Origin: a virus
Lineage: Duplodnaviria > Caudoviricetes
Strand: one strand, 5' to 3'
DNA length: 64,000 bases
Virus record (IMG/VR): IMGVR_UViG_3300021387_000110
Span: 3,130 to 67,129 of that record
Below the pieces are notes generated by a model. The model searched no databases and had not been told where the DNA came from. It was given only the letters and a program-made list of their open reading frames with translations. The number at the start of each line of letters is the position of its first letter. Positions within the stretch are counted from its first letter, which is position 1. The translations under genes and the position numbers were made by a program. Positions 27,041 to 36,788 of this stretch are shown piece after piece.

Positions 27041-27680
27041 ATATGGTCTCTCCTGTCTTTATTTCTCCTACATAGCAAAAGTACATATTCTGTTCCTTTA
27101 GATATATACCATCGCCTTGTACGAACTCAGCTTGAAATACTACCTCTCGAGGTAATTGTGGCCCTACGCTATATAACCACTTAGCCATCCTTATCTCTCT
27201 GTCGGTAGCAGGCTCATTTATTTTGCCGTTCATTACACATTCATACTGTCCGTCTTGGTATACAACGTCGTGTAAATTATTAGGATAATATTCTGAACAC
27301 ACTCTATTCAAGGCAACACTACCAACATATTTTTGTAGGTCATCTGAACAAGTTGTACTACCCGCCTCAGCGTGTATAAGTCTGGCTAACAAATCAAGGT
27401 CTTTCTGAAAGGCTTTGTCTGAGCTGGTCATATATTCTGCGGTGTGAGCCTCCGTCGTAATAGGTTCAGGAGGGTCTGTAATAGGGCTATCAGTGAATAA
27501 GACTACTCCCATAGTCATATCCGCTGTCGTAGGTGTCTCCGATTCTGCCACAGGCATTGACAGAAAGATTAAAAGGGATATTATGATAACCAAAACTGTA
27601 AGTATTAAAAATACAATGGCCAACGGATGAGGCTTCTTTGCCGACTCCGCGGCGTGTTTAGGCTTATACATATTAACCAC
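27030..27680 (-). CDS. Membrane-anchored SleB-like cell wall hydrolase (Hydrolase_2)
   Basis: N-terminal TM helix; LLARLIHAEAG, VGSVALNRV, YPNNLHDVVYQDGQY. Confidence 0.85.
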   Translation of the reverse strand: MVNMYKPKHAAESAKKPHPLAIVFLILTVLVIIISLLIFLSMPVAESETPTTADMTMGVVLFTDSPITDPPEPITTEAHTAEYMTSSDKAFQKDLDLLARLIHAEAGSTTCSDDLQKYVGSVALNRVCSEYYPNNLHDVVYQDGQYECVMNGKINEPATDREIRMAKWLYSVGPQLPREVVFQAEFVQGDGIYLKEQNMYFCYVGEIKTGETIYVE

Positions 27681-28206
27681 CTCTATTCTGCATACGGGTT
27701 AACTCTTGCTCTGATATACGTCTGCTCAATACCTTCTTGCAACTGCTCAAAAGCTCTTGGGCATTTTCTACCTTCGCCTTCATTATCTTGTATGCTCTGT
27801 TATAGCAAATGTTGGTCACCTGCTCTGCCTGGCTCTGTAACTCTGCGAGGGAGTCCTTATCAGAGATAGTGCCCTCAGTCAACTCCGAACGTGCTGTGTG
27901 GTACACCTCTTTGTACACAGTCTTGGATATATCATCACGAATACCAAGCTGTTCACACATACCGCCTGCATAGTATATAAGCATTGACAGGTTCAAACAG
28001 AAATCGTCAAGCTCTTCGGCAGTAGGCTGTCTGTCACCATCCTTCAAACAGTCACGGATAAAATCTACATATCTATCGAGGTCTTTACAATAAGGCTGGA
28101 TGATACTATTGACTATATCCATAATTGTCTTTGAATGGTCTTCCACTTTCGCCTGCCGCTTACTGACTTCGGCTTGGTCTACTACTGATAGTGGTATCTT
28201 TGACAT
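27673..28206 (-). CDS. Coiled-coil protein, possible UvsY-like recombination mediator
   Basis: Helical C-terminus AYKIMKAKVENAQELLSSCKKVLSRR; recombination context. Confidence 0.45.
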   Translation of the reverse strand: MSKIPLSVVDQAEVSKRQAKVEDHSKTIMDIVNSIIQPYCKDLDRYVDFIRDCLKDGDRQPTAEELDDFCLNLSMLIYYAGGMCEQLGIRDDISKTVYKEVYHTARSELTEGTISDKDSLAELQSQAEQVTNICYNRAYKIMKAKVENAQELLSSCKKVLSRRISEQELTRMQNRGG

Positions 28207-28368
28207 TTACTTCCCTCCTTGATACCAAATCTTTGGTGATTTGCCTAAATAATAGGCTTTGCTTTCCTTTTTGCGTTTGTCTAAATCTGCCCGCCATTCT
28301 TTATAGCGGTCACAATGACTATGACACGCAGGGTATCTATCTTCACACTTTCTACACGGACACAACAT
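28207..28368 (-). CDS. Small Cys/His-rich protein (53 aa, not in ORF track)
   Basis: MLCPCRKCEDRYPACHSHCDRYKEW; AGGAG RBS. Confidence 0.65.
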   Translation of the reverse strand: MLCPCRKCEDRYPACHSHCDRYKEWRADLDKRKKESKAYYLGKSPKIWYQGGK

Positions 28369-28370
28369 AG

Positions 28371-28940
28371 CTACTCTCCTAAAAAGCCTGTAAAATCATA
28401 ATCGAACAGGACTCTTTTCTTTGTGCCCGGTACGATGTAATGCTCATAGTTGAGGTTATCTTGGTGTCGTATATTCACACTCTTGGCACCTTCTTGCCTC
28501 ATACGTTCAAGCGTTTTAATCGGGATGAACATTGTAATGTCGTGGTCTATAAACCACACCACCACACCTGCTACAACTCCCGCGTACTTGGACTTTTCGA
28601 GCAGCCCTTGCCACTGATTTTTGGTGATGTTTGAGAACGGCAGAGTATTGCCGTAACAACTCTTGCACTCTATGTAATATTCGTGAGGATAATGGTAAAC
28701 AATGAAATCACATATATTCCTCACTCCAGCATAGCCGTTCTGTGGGTCTATCAGTCTATCAACTGACGTTTCAGGCACACGCTCAAAGCCTATACGAACT
28801 TGGTCCTCAAACTGTTTTCCTCTATTCACATTACCCATCTTTATACACCTTACCTTCGTAGTATTCGCCGTTCCATATATCAATAGCCTTAGCGAGAGAT
28901 TTACAGGTAACTGTATCAATACGGTGTGTCTGACTGTCAA
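28371..28940 (-). CDS. recU: RecU-family Holliday junction resolvase
   Basis: NRGKQFE, CDFIVY, YIECKS, NITKNQWQGL. Confidence 0.8.
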   Translation of the reverse strand: MTVRHTVLIQLPVNLSLRLLIYGTANTTKVRCIKMGNVNRGKQFEDQVRIGFERVPETSVDRLIDPQNGYAGVRNICDFIVYHYPHEYYIECKSCYGNTLPFSNITKNQWQGLLEKSKYAGVVAGVVVWFIDHDITMFIPIKTLERMRQEGAKSVNIRHQDNLNYEHYIVPGTKKRVLFDYDFTGFLGE

Positions 28941-29052
28941 TGCCCGCTTGACAATGTATGTAATAGCCGCTTACTTTGCCTGACACACAGTTTCTTACCG
29001 TGACTATTCTGGGCTGCGCCTTACATATAGTACATTTTCTCGCTATCTTCAT
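28831..29052 (-). CDS. Lar-like (restriction alleviation) zinc-ribbon protein, putative
   Basis: CxxC...YYIHC...AIDIWN. Confidence 0.45.
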   Translation of the reverse strand: MKIARKCTICKAQPRIVTVRNCVSGKVSGYYIHCQAGIDSQTHRIDTVTCKSLAKAIDIWNGEYYEGKVYKDG

Positions 29053-29387
29053 CAGTTACCCTCCTTAAAGCCCTCCCGGTTCTCAAATACAGAAGGATTA
29101 TCCTTAATGAACTGATACATACCTTTCGCCAAATTCTCTACGAGCTTTTCCTCGTCGGCGTCACTAACAAGATTGCCGCAGAATGTGTAAATGATGGCGT
29201 GAAGGCATTCGTGTAAGAACACGGTCTTTTGGTATTCATCGTTGCCATCCTTAGCAACTTTAATCACCTGTACGTTAGGCAAATGCAACCCATCACACAG
29301 GTCTCCGCTGTCTGTATAGAACGAAGTCTCGGGTCTTTCTACCTCGTAACGATAACCGCCTATACGCACCGCAGTTGGAATGTTCAT
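29052..29387 (-). CDS. HExxH metallopeptidase-like protein
   Basis: TVFLHECLHAI...EEKLVE. Confidence 0.7.
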   Translation of the reverse strand: MNIPTAVRIGGYRYEVERPETSFYTDSGDLCDGLHLPNVQVIKVAKDGNDEYQKTVFLHECLHAIIYTFCGNLVSDADEEKLVENLAKGMYQFIKDNPSVFENREGFKEGN

Positions 29388-29389
29388 AG

Positions 29390-30181
29390 TTAAATCTCCT
29401 TTTTACATAGTGTCCTGTAATTGCAATATTCGCAGGTCTTTTTGGGCAACTCCTCAGGCTTAGGTGGACACACCATACGCTGTACATATCCGTCACACTC
29501 TGTAATGGTGCCTACAAAGTCCTGTTGCATTTCTTTTGTCGGCTTGAACATATATGCCTTCATATCCAGAACGTCACGACTGATATACAGGAAGATTACT
29601 TCGGGTATCTGCAACGCTACTGAATATGCTGTGCCCTGCTTATAGTGTTTCGGGTCTACACCCTCTCTATTTTGCCACTTGAAACTAACCTCTGTCTTAA
29701 TCTCAAGGACATAATAATGGCCTTTGTAACGTATGATACCGTCACACATAAAACTCATATTGAGGGTCTTATGATACAGCTTGGTCTCCATACCGTTCTT
29801 TGAAACGACTTCGAGGTAATCAAGCCCGCGGCTCTTGATATAATCGGCAACGTCTATGTACTCACAATCTATGCCATTGCTTTTCATATCGGTAACATAC
29901 TGCTGGACTCTCTCGTGAATATCTGAACCACTGTTACAGATACCTACCATACAGTAACTTGATGATGATGGGTCAGGCTCTGCACCCATCACCTGATAAT
30001 ACATATTCCTGATACAATTCATACTTGACGGCTTGTACGTCTGTGAAGGCTTGCGACGGTTCTTCTCGTCCGTCTTTTCAATGCTATGCTTAAGGTCAGC
30101 AAGGAAGCCCTGCTCAGGAGGTATCTTCGTATTGGCTATGTCTATTAGCCTACTTATATTCTTTAATGTATTTCTTGCCAT
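29390..30181 (-). CDS. Cas4-like PD-(D/E)xK exonuclease
   Basis: PSSMNC, GSDIHE, CDGII, LEIKT, QGTAY, CEYCNYRTLC. Confidence 0.85.
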   Translation of the reverse strand: MARNTLKNISRLIDIANTKIPPEQGFLADLKHSIEKTDEKNRRKPSQTYKPSSMNCIRNMYYQVMGAEPDPSSSSYCMVGICNSGSDIHERVQQYVTDMKSNGIDCEYIDVADYIKSRGLDYLEVVSKNGMETKLYHKTLNMSFMCDGIIRYKGHYYVLEIKTEVSFKWQNREGVDPKHYKQGTAYSVALQIPEVIFLYISRDVLDMKAYMFKPTKEMQQDFVGTITECDGYVQRMVCPPKPEELPKKTCEYCNYRTLCKKEI

Positions 30182-30214
30182 CTTATCACCTATTTACTCA
30201 CAATCTCTGTTAAT

Positions 30215-30243
30215 ATTATACTACATAATTGTAGCCTTGTAAA
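30215..30243 (-). promoter_or_regulatory. sigmaA-type promoter, same family
   Basis: TTTACA-17-TATAAT, AATTATGTAGTATAATATT. Confidence 0.8.
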
Positions 30244-30258
30244 GTGGATATGTTAAAA

Positions 30259-30284
30259 GTGGCAGACTTTTTACAGTCTGCCAC
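30259..30284 (-). terminator. Intrinsic terminator after beta clamp
   Basis: GTGGCAGACT/AGTCTGCCAC 10-bp stem then TTTT. Confidence 0.85.
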
Positions 30285-30290
30285 CTATCT

Positions 30291-31385
30291 TTAATCTTCT
30301 GCCGTAGCGACAATCTGAATGACGTTGCCGTCCTTCATCTTGATGGCGTTATCTTCGCCGTACTCAATCTCCACCATATCGGCAGAGCTTGCTTTAACCT
30401 GGGCTCTGAACATTTCGATGTCGAGCGGGCACGTAAATGCCTTGAAGTTGTTGCTCTCAGCATACGGAATGGTCTCGCTACCCGTGGTCTTCTTTGACGA
30501 GATAGTGACACCCTGCTGAATGAATGTGATGGTAATCACGTTCTTATCATACGGACTTACGAACAGCGCCAGTCTGTCGAGCGCCTGTAACAGGTCTGCT
30601 CTGGGCACTTTACAGGAGCTATCAAACTCCTGCTCAAGGAAACTCGTGATAGGACCTACCTGAAAATCACCGATACAGTCCATCTCGGCGCCGTACACAC
30701 AGCACTTAGGTGAGATAAACGCAATCACGCCTTCCTTAATCCATCTGTGTACTCTAATATCCTCATCGGAGAACACAGCGAGCAGGTCAATCATTTCGGG
30801 ACTGAGCAACGCAGGCTCTTTCAACACCGGAATGTTGATACCACAAATCTTGTAGGAGTCGGACGTGATAACCTTGTCTCCGATGTAGTAACCCTTGTAG
30901 CACATCACATCGCTGTCAGCAGGTGCGAGAGCTGCCTTCGCCGTATTGAGAATGAGCTTCATTGTTGAGAGCTTAACCGACTCCGAACTGAACTCCTCAG
31001 GCGGAATGGGCAGACTATTCAACGGGTCAGGATATTTAACAGGCTCACCTTCTTCATCGAGAGGGAGCTCCATCTTATAGTGTCCGTTGCCATCAATGTT
31101 AAGAACACCATCGACAACCTCTAACCTAACGGACGTACAGGTCATCTTGGATATGAGCTTCGAGAACTGTTCTACAGGAACAACCACATAGAAGTCCTCG
31201 GCGTCAATCTTATCCTCTGTAATATACAGATAGTTGGTGGCGTCAGTGGTAATAAGTGTGAGCTTATTCTCCTTCCACTGAATTGCCATAAGACTTGTGA
31301 GCGGTATCATCTTATTGCAGGATGCACCTTTCACAGCTTTTGCTACCATAGACTGGAGCAATTCGACGGTCATAGTTAATACCAT
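30291..31385 (-). CDS. dnaN: DNA polymerase III beta-type sliding clamp
   Basis: 364 aa; LTLITTD, VITSDSYK, LLQALDRLALF; three-domain length typical of beta clamp. Confidence 0.85.
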   Translation of the reverse strand: MVLTMTVELLQSMVAKAVKGASCNKMIPLTSLMAIQWKENKLTLITTDATNYLYITEDKIDAEDFYVVVPVEQFSKLISKMTCTSVRLEVVDGVLNIDGNGHYKMELPLDEEGEPVKYPDPLNSLPIPPEEFSSESVKLSTMKLILNTAKAALAPADSDVMCYKGYYIGDKVITSDSYKICGINIPVLKEPALLSPEMIDLLAVFSDEDIRVHRWIKEGVIAFISPKCCVYGAEMDCIGDFQVGPITSFLEQEFDSSCKVPRADLLQALDRLALFVSPYDKNVITITFIQQGVTISSKKTTGSETIPYAESNNFKAFTCPLDIEMFRAQVKASSADMVEIEYGEDNAIKMKDGNVIQIVATAED

Positions 31386-31386
31386 T

Positions 31387-32283
31387 TTATTTGTCCTCCT
31401 TTTTATATGAACCGCTTATGATTTTAGGAACTGCGTGTTCCCAATTGATAGAATGATGAATACGCTTGTGCCGTGAGCCTACTGTATAGAGCTTCACAGA
31501 CGATGGATTACTTATTACGGTAAAGAATGATTTTACATACGTGCCAGCGTTCAGATACAACTCCGTCATACCGCCTGAGTTAGCCTGTGTCTGTGTCTGG
31601 TCAAGCGACATATCAGAAACCGTAAAGAACAAATGTCCTTTTGAACCCAAGTTTACATAGGTATTTACATCTTCATTGATACGTCCTATAAAATCAAATC
31701 TATTCTCGGTCTTGCAGAAAAAGGAATTCATAGCTTTTCGTGCCAGCTTATCTTTGAACACCTTACTCCCACTACCGCCTATGAAGTCACCCGTCTGTGC
31801 AAATGCGACTGTTAAGGCGCCTGACGTTTCAAGGAACTCAATCATACAATCAACAACCGCGTCAAAGTCTTTGAGATACCACGAACCAAATTCACCGTTC
31901 TCTTTAACGAACCTCTGACGGAAGTTTGTATAGTCATCATCAAGCTCCAAGAAATACTTGTACCCTAACTTCTCAGCTATATCGAAACAGGCATTACGAG
32001 CATAAACGATTGCCCGTCTATCTGCTCCTCTGTCTATCGTATCGAACTCGGTAGACTTTTTCAGCTTGTCAAACATTTCCACATTCTCGTGACCATACAT
32101 ACGATAATACTCTTCGGCTTTCTTATCCTCATTATCTATAACAAGAACAATCTTGCCAGTATAACCAGCATTTTTCAATGCCTGTATCGTATATACTTTT
32201 TCAGGTCGTCCGTGTGTGAGAATGAAGGCTACAAAATCATTTCTCATTTCCTGCAATCTCTCCGCTCTGTTCAAGGATGGCAC
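31387..32283 (-). CDS. GT-A fold glycosyltransferase, copy 1
   Basis: FILTHGRP, IVYARNA, FLELDDD, GRINEDV; start likely MRNDF (32247). Confidence 0.8.
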   Translation of the reverse strand: MPSLNRAERLQEMRNDFVAFILTHGRPEKVYTIQALKNAGYTGKIVLVIDNEDKKAEEYYRMYGHENVEMFDKLKKSTEFDTIDRGADRRAIVYARNACFDIAEKLGYKYFLELDDDYTNFRQRFVKENGEFGSWYLKDFDAVVDCMIEFLETSGALTVAFAQTGDFIGGSGSKVFKDKLARKAMNSFFCKTENRFDFIGRINEDVNTYVNLGSKGHLFFTVSDMSLDQTQTQANSGGMTELYLNAGTYVKSFFTVISNPSSVKLYTVGSRHKRIHHSINWEHAVPKIISGSYKKEDK

Positions 32284-32635
32284 GAATATCCTTACTGAGC
32301 TTCACATAGCCCTTTGCTATGGCGTCATCAATATCCAAGATAACCAAAGCACTATCTTCCATAAGCTCCTGCATTTCTGCTGAGGCGTGGGCATAATAGT
32401 CAGCTATTTTGGCATATCTGAATACTATATGACGAGCAGCCGCAAACCGTAAAAATTTCTTCTCCTCTTCGGTCACACCGGACTTATTGATTTTGGCAAG
32501 TAATTTACTGTACTTTCCATAATCAATTAGTTCCTCTAAACGAGGCTTATCTTTACTGGGAACATACTGAGGCACTTCTACCTTTTTAGTATAACGCTTA
32601 TCCTCAGGCTGCTGTTGTATGTCAAACAACCGCAC
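32237..32635 (-). CDS. Conserved small partner of phage glycosyltransferases
   Basis: YTKKVEVPQY...AAARHIVFRYAKIADYYAHA...SALVILDIDDAI; sandwiched between the two GTs. Confidence 0.75.
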   Translation of the reverse strand: MRLFDIQQQPEDKRYTKKVEVPQYVPSKDKPRLEELIDYGKYSKLLAKINKSGVTEEEKKFLRFAAARHIVFRYAKIADYYAHASAEMQELMEDSALVILDIDDAIAKGYVKLSKDIRAILEQSGEIAGNEK

Positions 32636-32637
32636 AA

Positions 32638-33507
32638 CTACACTTCCTTTCTATATGAACTGCTGATTATCTTAGGCACACAACTCTCAGGCGTAGTCGT
32701 TACAGCCCAATCTTTTCCGTATCGCATAATATTAGATGATGGATAAGCAATAATTGGCATAAAGTTTACTTTGAACTTACCAAGCTTACGATATACGTCA
32801 CTATTGCCGCCATCAACAACGCCCTCACTCATACGAATATCAACTTGTAACGGTAAAAATTGAAACCAGACTTGATTTTTTATGGCACCATCAATAGACG
32901 TTATCAAATCCTCTACCATATTAAGTCGCCACTTAACTTCATAATCTGTATTCCTTATAAAAGCCTCTGCACAAAGACGCTGACGAGGATTTTCTTTTTC
33001 AAAATTATCAACACCGCCGATATATAAATTACAAAAGCCAAGTCCCATACAGGCAACTTTCTTTGTAATTACATATTCAACACACAGGTCAATAATTTCA
33101 TCAAGACATCCTTTAGGACTATAAGACTTCAACACTCCATTATCAGGTACCCTTACTCTAATATTAGTGATGTCGTCATCCAACATCATAAAGGCGTCAT
33201 ATCCGTTACACAGTGCAATATTTTCTATGGCATTACGAGCAAACACCGCAAAGTTAGGTTCGGGAGAACTCAATCCTGTCTCGGTACGACCTATAAACAC
33301 ATCTTTGTTAAACCAAGCAACGTCTTTATAGGTTTCCATATACTCAGAAAAAGTTTCATCCTGGTCATCTATTACAAGATATATTTTACCTGTATAACCA
33401 AGTCTACGCAAAGTTTCCAGCGTTAATTGATTATGCGGTCTACCGTGTGTAAGTATGAAAATAGCAAATTTTCTTTTATGCCGAGTATATCCGTCTCGGA
33501 ACTTCAT
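32638..33507 (-). CDS. GT-A fold glycosyltransferase, copy 2
   Basis: FILTHGRP, AVFARNA, FMMLDDD, LNMVEDL; paralog of 31387-32283. Confidence 0.8.
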   Translation of the reverse strand: MKFRDGYTRHKRKFAIFILTHGRPHNQLTLETLRRLGYTGKIYLVIDDQDETFSEYMETYKDVAWFNKDVFIGRTETGLSSPEPNFAVFARNAIENIALCNGYDAFMMLDDDITNIRVRVPDNGVLKSYSPKGCLDEIIDLCVEYVITKKVACMGLGFCNLYIGGVDNFEKENPRQRLCAEAFIRNTDYEVKWRLNMVEDLITSIDGAIKNQVWFQFLPLQVDIRMSEGVVDGGNSDVYRKLGKFKVNFMPIIAYPSSNIMRYGKDWAVTTTPESCVPKIISSSYRKEV

Positions 33508-35804
33508 ACGTCAATCACCTCTCCATACCAACATTTGGTAATCTCAACATCACAGTTGATAGGCATTTCAAGTATCTGCTCGGCAGCCTTGGACATTGTC
33601 TGGGCTAATAATGCGGCGCACTCTCTGGCATTCTCTTCAGGACACTCCGCTATGATTTCATCGTGAACGGGAATTAACATTCTGAACCCAAGCTCCTTGA
33701 GCCGTTCATTACTGTGCAACTCTATCATAGCCAACTTGGTGAGGTCGGCAGCACTGCCTTGAATACGAGCATTGACTACCTTAGTAGTATCTTTATCCCG
33801 TGTGTGGTCTATAATCCATAAACCCTCAGCGTTTGCAGCCTCGAATACTGACCGCTTCTTCATAAAAGGAGCCTGTCGTACACGATTAACCCACTTACGC
33901 TGTAATGCCTCAGGCACCTCTGTACTCAACTCGTCATCATCAAATGCCAAGGGGTCATCATCAGGAGCAACGCCGTCTTTCCATACCACCTCATAGTCAG
34001 GCAACATCATAGACGGCAATCTTCTCTTACGTCCACAAACTGTGGTGACAAAACCCTTTGTCTTTGACATAAGGATGGAATCCTCTTCAAACTGCTTAAT
34101 AGCAGGAAAACCTCTGAACACGCTATCCTTAATCTGCTGAGCCTCTTTGGTAGATGTACCAAGCTGTTCGGCTATACTATCTACACCTCTGCCATACAAC
34201 ACGCCGAGCAGAATTGTCTTTGCCTGTGAGCGACGTTCTTTACCTGCCTTATTCACAGTGCCGTCAGGTCTAAATTCCTGACAATCTTCATACGGCTTAT
34301 TGAACGCCTTACTGGCAATCTCACAGTACAAGTCTTTGCCCTGCATAAACGTGTTATACATCTGTGGGTCGCCCTGCTTTCTACACAGAGAAGCCAAGCA
34401 CTTAGGTTCCTGCTGGGAGAAGTCACTCGACATCAAAACGTACCCATCACTCGCTCTGAACATCTTACGAATATCCTTATTATGCGAGGGAATGTTTTGA
34501 AGATTGGGGTCACTACTACTCATACGCCCTGTATCAGCGCCGTACTGGTTAAACTTACAATGTATTCTGCCGTCTTTCTCATTTACACACAGCGGCAGCT
34601 TATCAATGTAGGTGTTAATCAGTTTACCAACACCACGATACTCTAATAAGGCTCTTGTGAAATCATTGTCAATCTTGGACAATATCTTTTCACCGGTGCC
34701 TCTGGGAGAGTCCTTGTCAACAGACTTTACACCCATAATATCGTACAGAACGATGGCAACCTGTGCAGGTGAATCCAGATTGATAGGGTCAGAAAGTTTG
34801 CAGTTAGGATTTTTAACCCTATATGTGTGTATCTCTTCCTTGTACATACCAAGGATTCTATACACAGTAGCGGTCTTTTCTTCGAGGAGTTTATGATACA
34901 CCTCGTGAAGATTATCGGCAACATTAAAGTCAAATGCCACGCCCATATCTTCCATATCAGCAACGACTTCAACGCAAGGCATTTCTATATTATGAAATAC
35001 CCAAGCTACGTCCTGTAGCTCACGCTTTTGGCACTCGCTGTCATCGGGCGTCAAGAACGGACGTTGATATTCGTACAACTCATAGGTAATAATCGCATCG
35101 TGAGCCGCATACAGATAACCGAGGTTGATGGGAACCAAATCAAATGATATGCCCTCAAACAATTCTCCAAACCTCGCCTCATCATCAGCGCCGTCTGTAC
35201 AGTATTTCTTATGCAAGGCTTTCAAACCATTATTACCACTACCTTCATTCTCATTGAGAAGTCGGGCAGCAAGATAGCAGTCCCACGAACATTTTAGATA
35301 TACATTGATACCAGAACGTAAAAACCTAATATCGAAACAGGCATTGAACATCACAACGAATGTGTCTGCCTCTCTCAAACGGTCAAACTGTTCGTGGAGT
35401 ATATTAACAGGTAGCTGATTATCTACCCGAATGCCTGTAACATAAGAACGGTGATTTACAGGCACATAGGCAGCTTTGCAACCTGGTGTATATATACATA
35501 TTCCAACGAGCTTGTCAGTCAGAGGGTCAAGCCCTGTCGTTTCTGTATCAATAGAGATAATCCCTTTACATATTGCCTCTGTGATGTAACTCTGTAAAGC
35601 ACCTTCATCACGAATTACAATAAAATCATCCCTATATTTACCGAGATTTTTCTCTACGAGAGCCCGAGCGGTATTCATCCTTTCTACGAGGCCCCCGCCA
35701 CCTTTTACAGTAGCGGGAGCCCTTGTAGCACGAGCGTTAGCCTTCTTGGCAACTTTGGAATCCCCGGCTCTTCCTGCTCTCTTGGGAATCTCAAATAAAG
35801 GCAT
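33504..35804 (-). CDS. polA: Family A DNA polymerase with 3'-5' exonuclease (Leu at E. coli 762 position)
   Basis: ExoI IDTETTG, ExoII FNACFD, ExoIII YAAHDA; motif A SDFSQQE, motif B RSQAKTILLGVLYG, motif C VHDE. Confidence 0.95.
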   Translation of the reverse strand: MPLFEIPKRAGRAGDSKVAKKANARATRAPATVKGGGGLVERMNTARALVEKNLGKYRDDFIVIRDEGALQSYITEAICKGIISIDTETTGLDPLTDKLVGICIYTPGCKAAYVPVNHRSYVTGIRVDNQLPVNILHEQFDRLREADTFVVMFNACFDIRFLRSGINVYLKCSWDCYLAARLLNENEGSGNNGLKALHKKYCTDGADDEARFGELFEGISFDLVPINLGYLYAAHDAIITYELYEYQRPFLTPDDSECQKRELQDVAWVFHNIEMPCVEVVADMEDMGVAFDFNVADNLHEVYHKLLEEKTATVYRILGMYKEEIHTYRVKNPNCKLSDPINLDSPAQVAIVLYDIMGVKSVDKDSPRGTGEKILSKIDNDFTRALLEYRGVGKLINTYIDKLPLCVNEKDGRIHCKFNQYGADTGRMSSSDPNLQNIPSHNKDIRKMFRASDGYVLMSSDFSQQEPKCLASLCRKQGDPQMYNTFMQGKDLYCEIASKAFNKPYEDCQEFRPDGTVNKAGKERRSQAKTILLGVLYGRGVDSIAEQLGTSTKEAQQIKDSVFRGFPAIKQFEEDSILMSKTKGFVTTVCGRKRRLPSMMLPDYEVVWKDGVAPDDDPLAFDDDELSTEVPEALQRKWVNRVRQAPFMKKRSVFEAANAEGLWIIDHTRDKDTTKVVNARIQGSAADLTKLAMIELHSNERLKELGFRMLIPVHDEIIAECPEENARECAALLAQTMSKAAEQILEMPINCDVEITKCWYGEVIDV

Positions 35805-36472
35805 TAGAACCTTTCACCGCGACGGTTCGACGGTGTTCTACGCCCCGACGGTCTGTCCTCGTCACCGCGCCTCTGCTCACGGTTACCGCCGCCGTTGTTC
35901 GGAAACTCTCCTGTATCGAGGAAGTCCCTCATTTCATCGGCGCTCTTGTCGAGAACGATTGTGCCAAGCACCTGCGGTGCCTCAGGCAAATCTTCAAGGC
36001 GAGTATCATCACAGCTTACCTCGTAAATCTCGTAGGTAGTGCTTGTGTCACGAGGCTTACCATTACGCTCAATCTCAAAAACGTGGGAAACGAGCGGTGT
36101 GTCTGCTGAGGAATAACGGGCACAGATAGAGGACAACTTCTGTGCAAAGTTTCTACCTCTCTCCCAAATCTGAACTTCGTCCGTGTCGCAGTTGTAGATG
36201 GGAATGTAGAACTTCGCCCTCTGCATATTGTTAGCCTCACAGAACGGGCACTTACTTCTCGGCTCGTCATAGGCGCGTAGACAGTTTACGTACCTCTTCT
36301 TGTCATCGACTGTAACCTCGTGCACTGCAAGACCTTCAATGTCTTCCATTCCGTTGTACATAAAACGGACACGGGCGATGTCTTTGTCGTTCTTCAAGGA
36401 AAAGAACGAACTACTTCCGCTACCGCCGTAATTTTCGGCGTCATTAACTCCAAATCTGGCCAACGTCAACAT
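35804..36472 (-). CDS. Single-stranded DNA-binding protein (gp32-like, zinc-binding)
   Basis: FFSLKND...VRFMY, H...C...CPFC, VQIWERG, charged C-terminal tail. Confidence 0.75.
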   Translation of the reverse strand: MLTLARFGVNDAENYGGSGSSSFFSLKNDKDIARVRFMYNGMEDIEGLAVHEVTVDDKKRYVNCLRAYDEPRSKCPFCEANNMQRAKFYIPIYNCDTDEVQIWERGRNFAQKLSSICARYSSADTPLVSHVFEIERNGKPRDTSTTYEIYEVSCDDTRLEDLPEAPQVLGTIVLDKSADEMRDFLDTGEFPNNGGGNREQRRGDEDRPSGRRTPSNRRGERF

Positions 36473-36749
36473 CCTCCTTTTCTTCTTTTTTGTCTGTGGT
36501 GTCGGTAGGCTGTGTAATCTCTACACATTTGTCCCAAATCACCCGCTGTGCTACGCCGAACAGCATAATCAACATCGGGTTCTTGGAGGTAATCTCGTCA
36601 AGAGGCTCGGATGCCATAGCAGCCGCTGTCGCCCTGATGAACTGGGCGCGATTGATTGTGATAACCTCTTTCTGCAGGTCAGCCTCCATTTCGGCTACTG
36701 TCTTAGGGGTCCTCTCTTCGGTCATAGGGGTCATTTCTTCTGTCATCAT
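36444..36749 (-). CDS. Hypothetical protein
   Basis: AGGAG RBS. Confidence 0.65.
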   Translation of the reverse strand: MMTEEMTPMTEERTPKTVAEMEADLQKEVITINRAQFIRATAAAMASEPLDEITSKNPMLIMLFGVAQRVIWDKCVEITQPTDTTDKKEEKEDVDVGQIWS

Positions 36750-36788
36750 TGTCTTTTCTCCTTTTCTTCTTTTTTGTCTGTGGTGTAT

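Noticed and set aside
29390-30181. Cas4-like gene as sign of a CRISPR system
   Set aside because: No other cas genes or array; stand-alone Cas4-like exonucleases are common in phage recombination modules.
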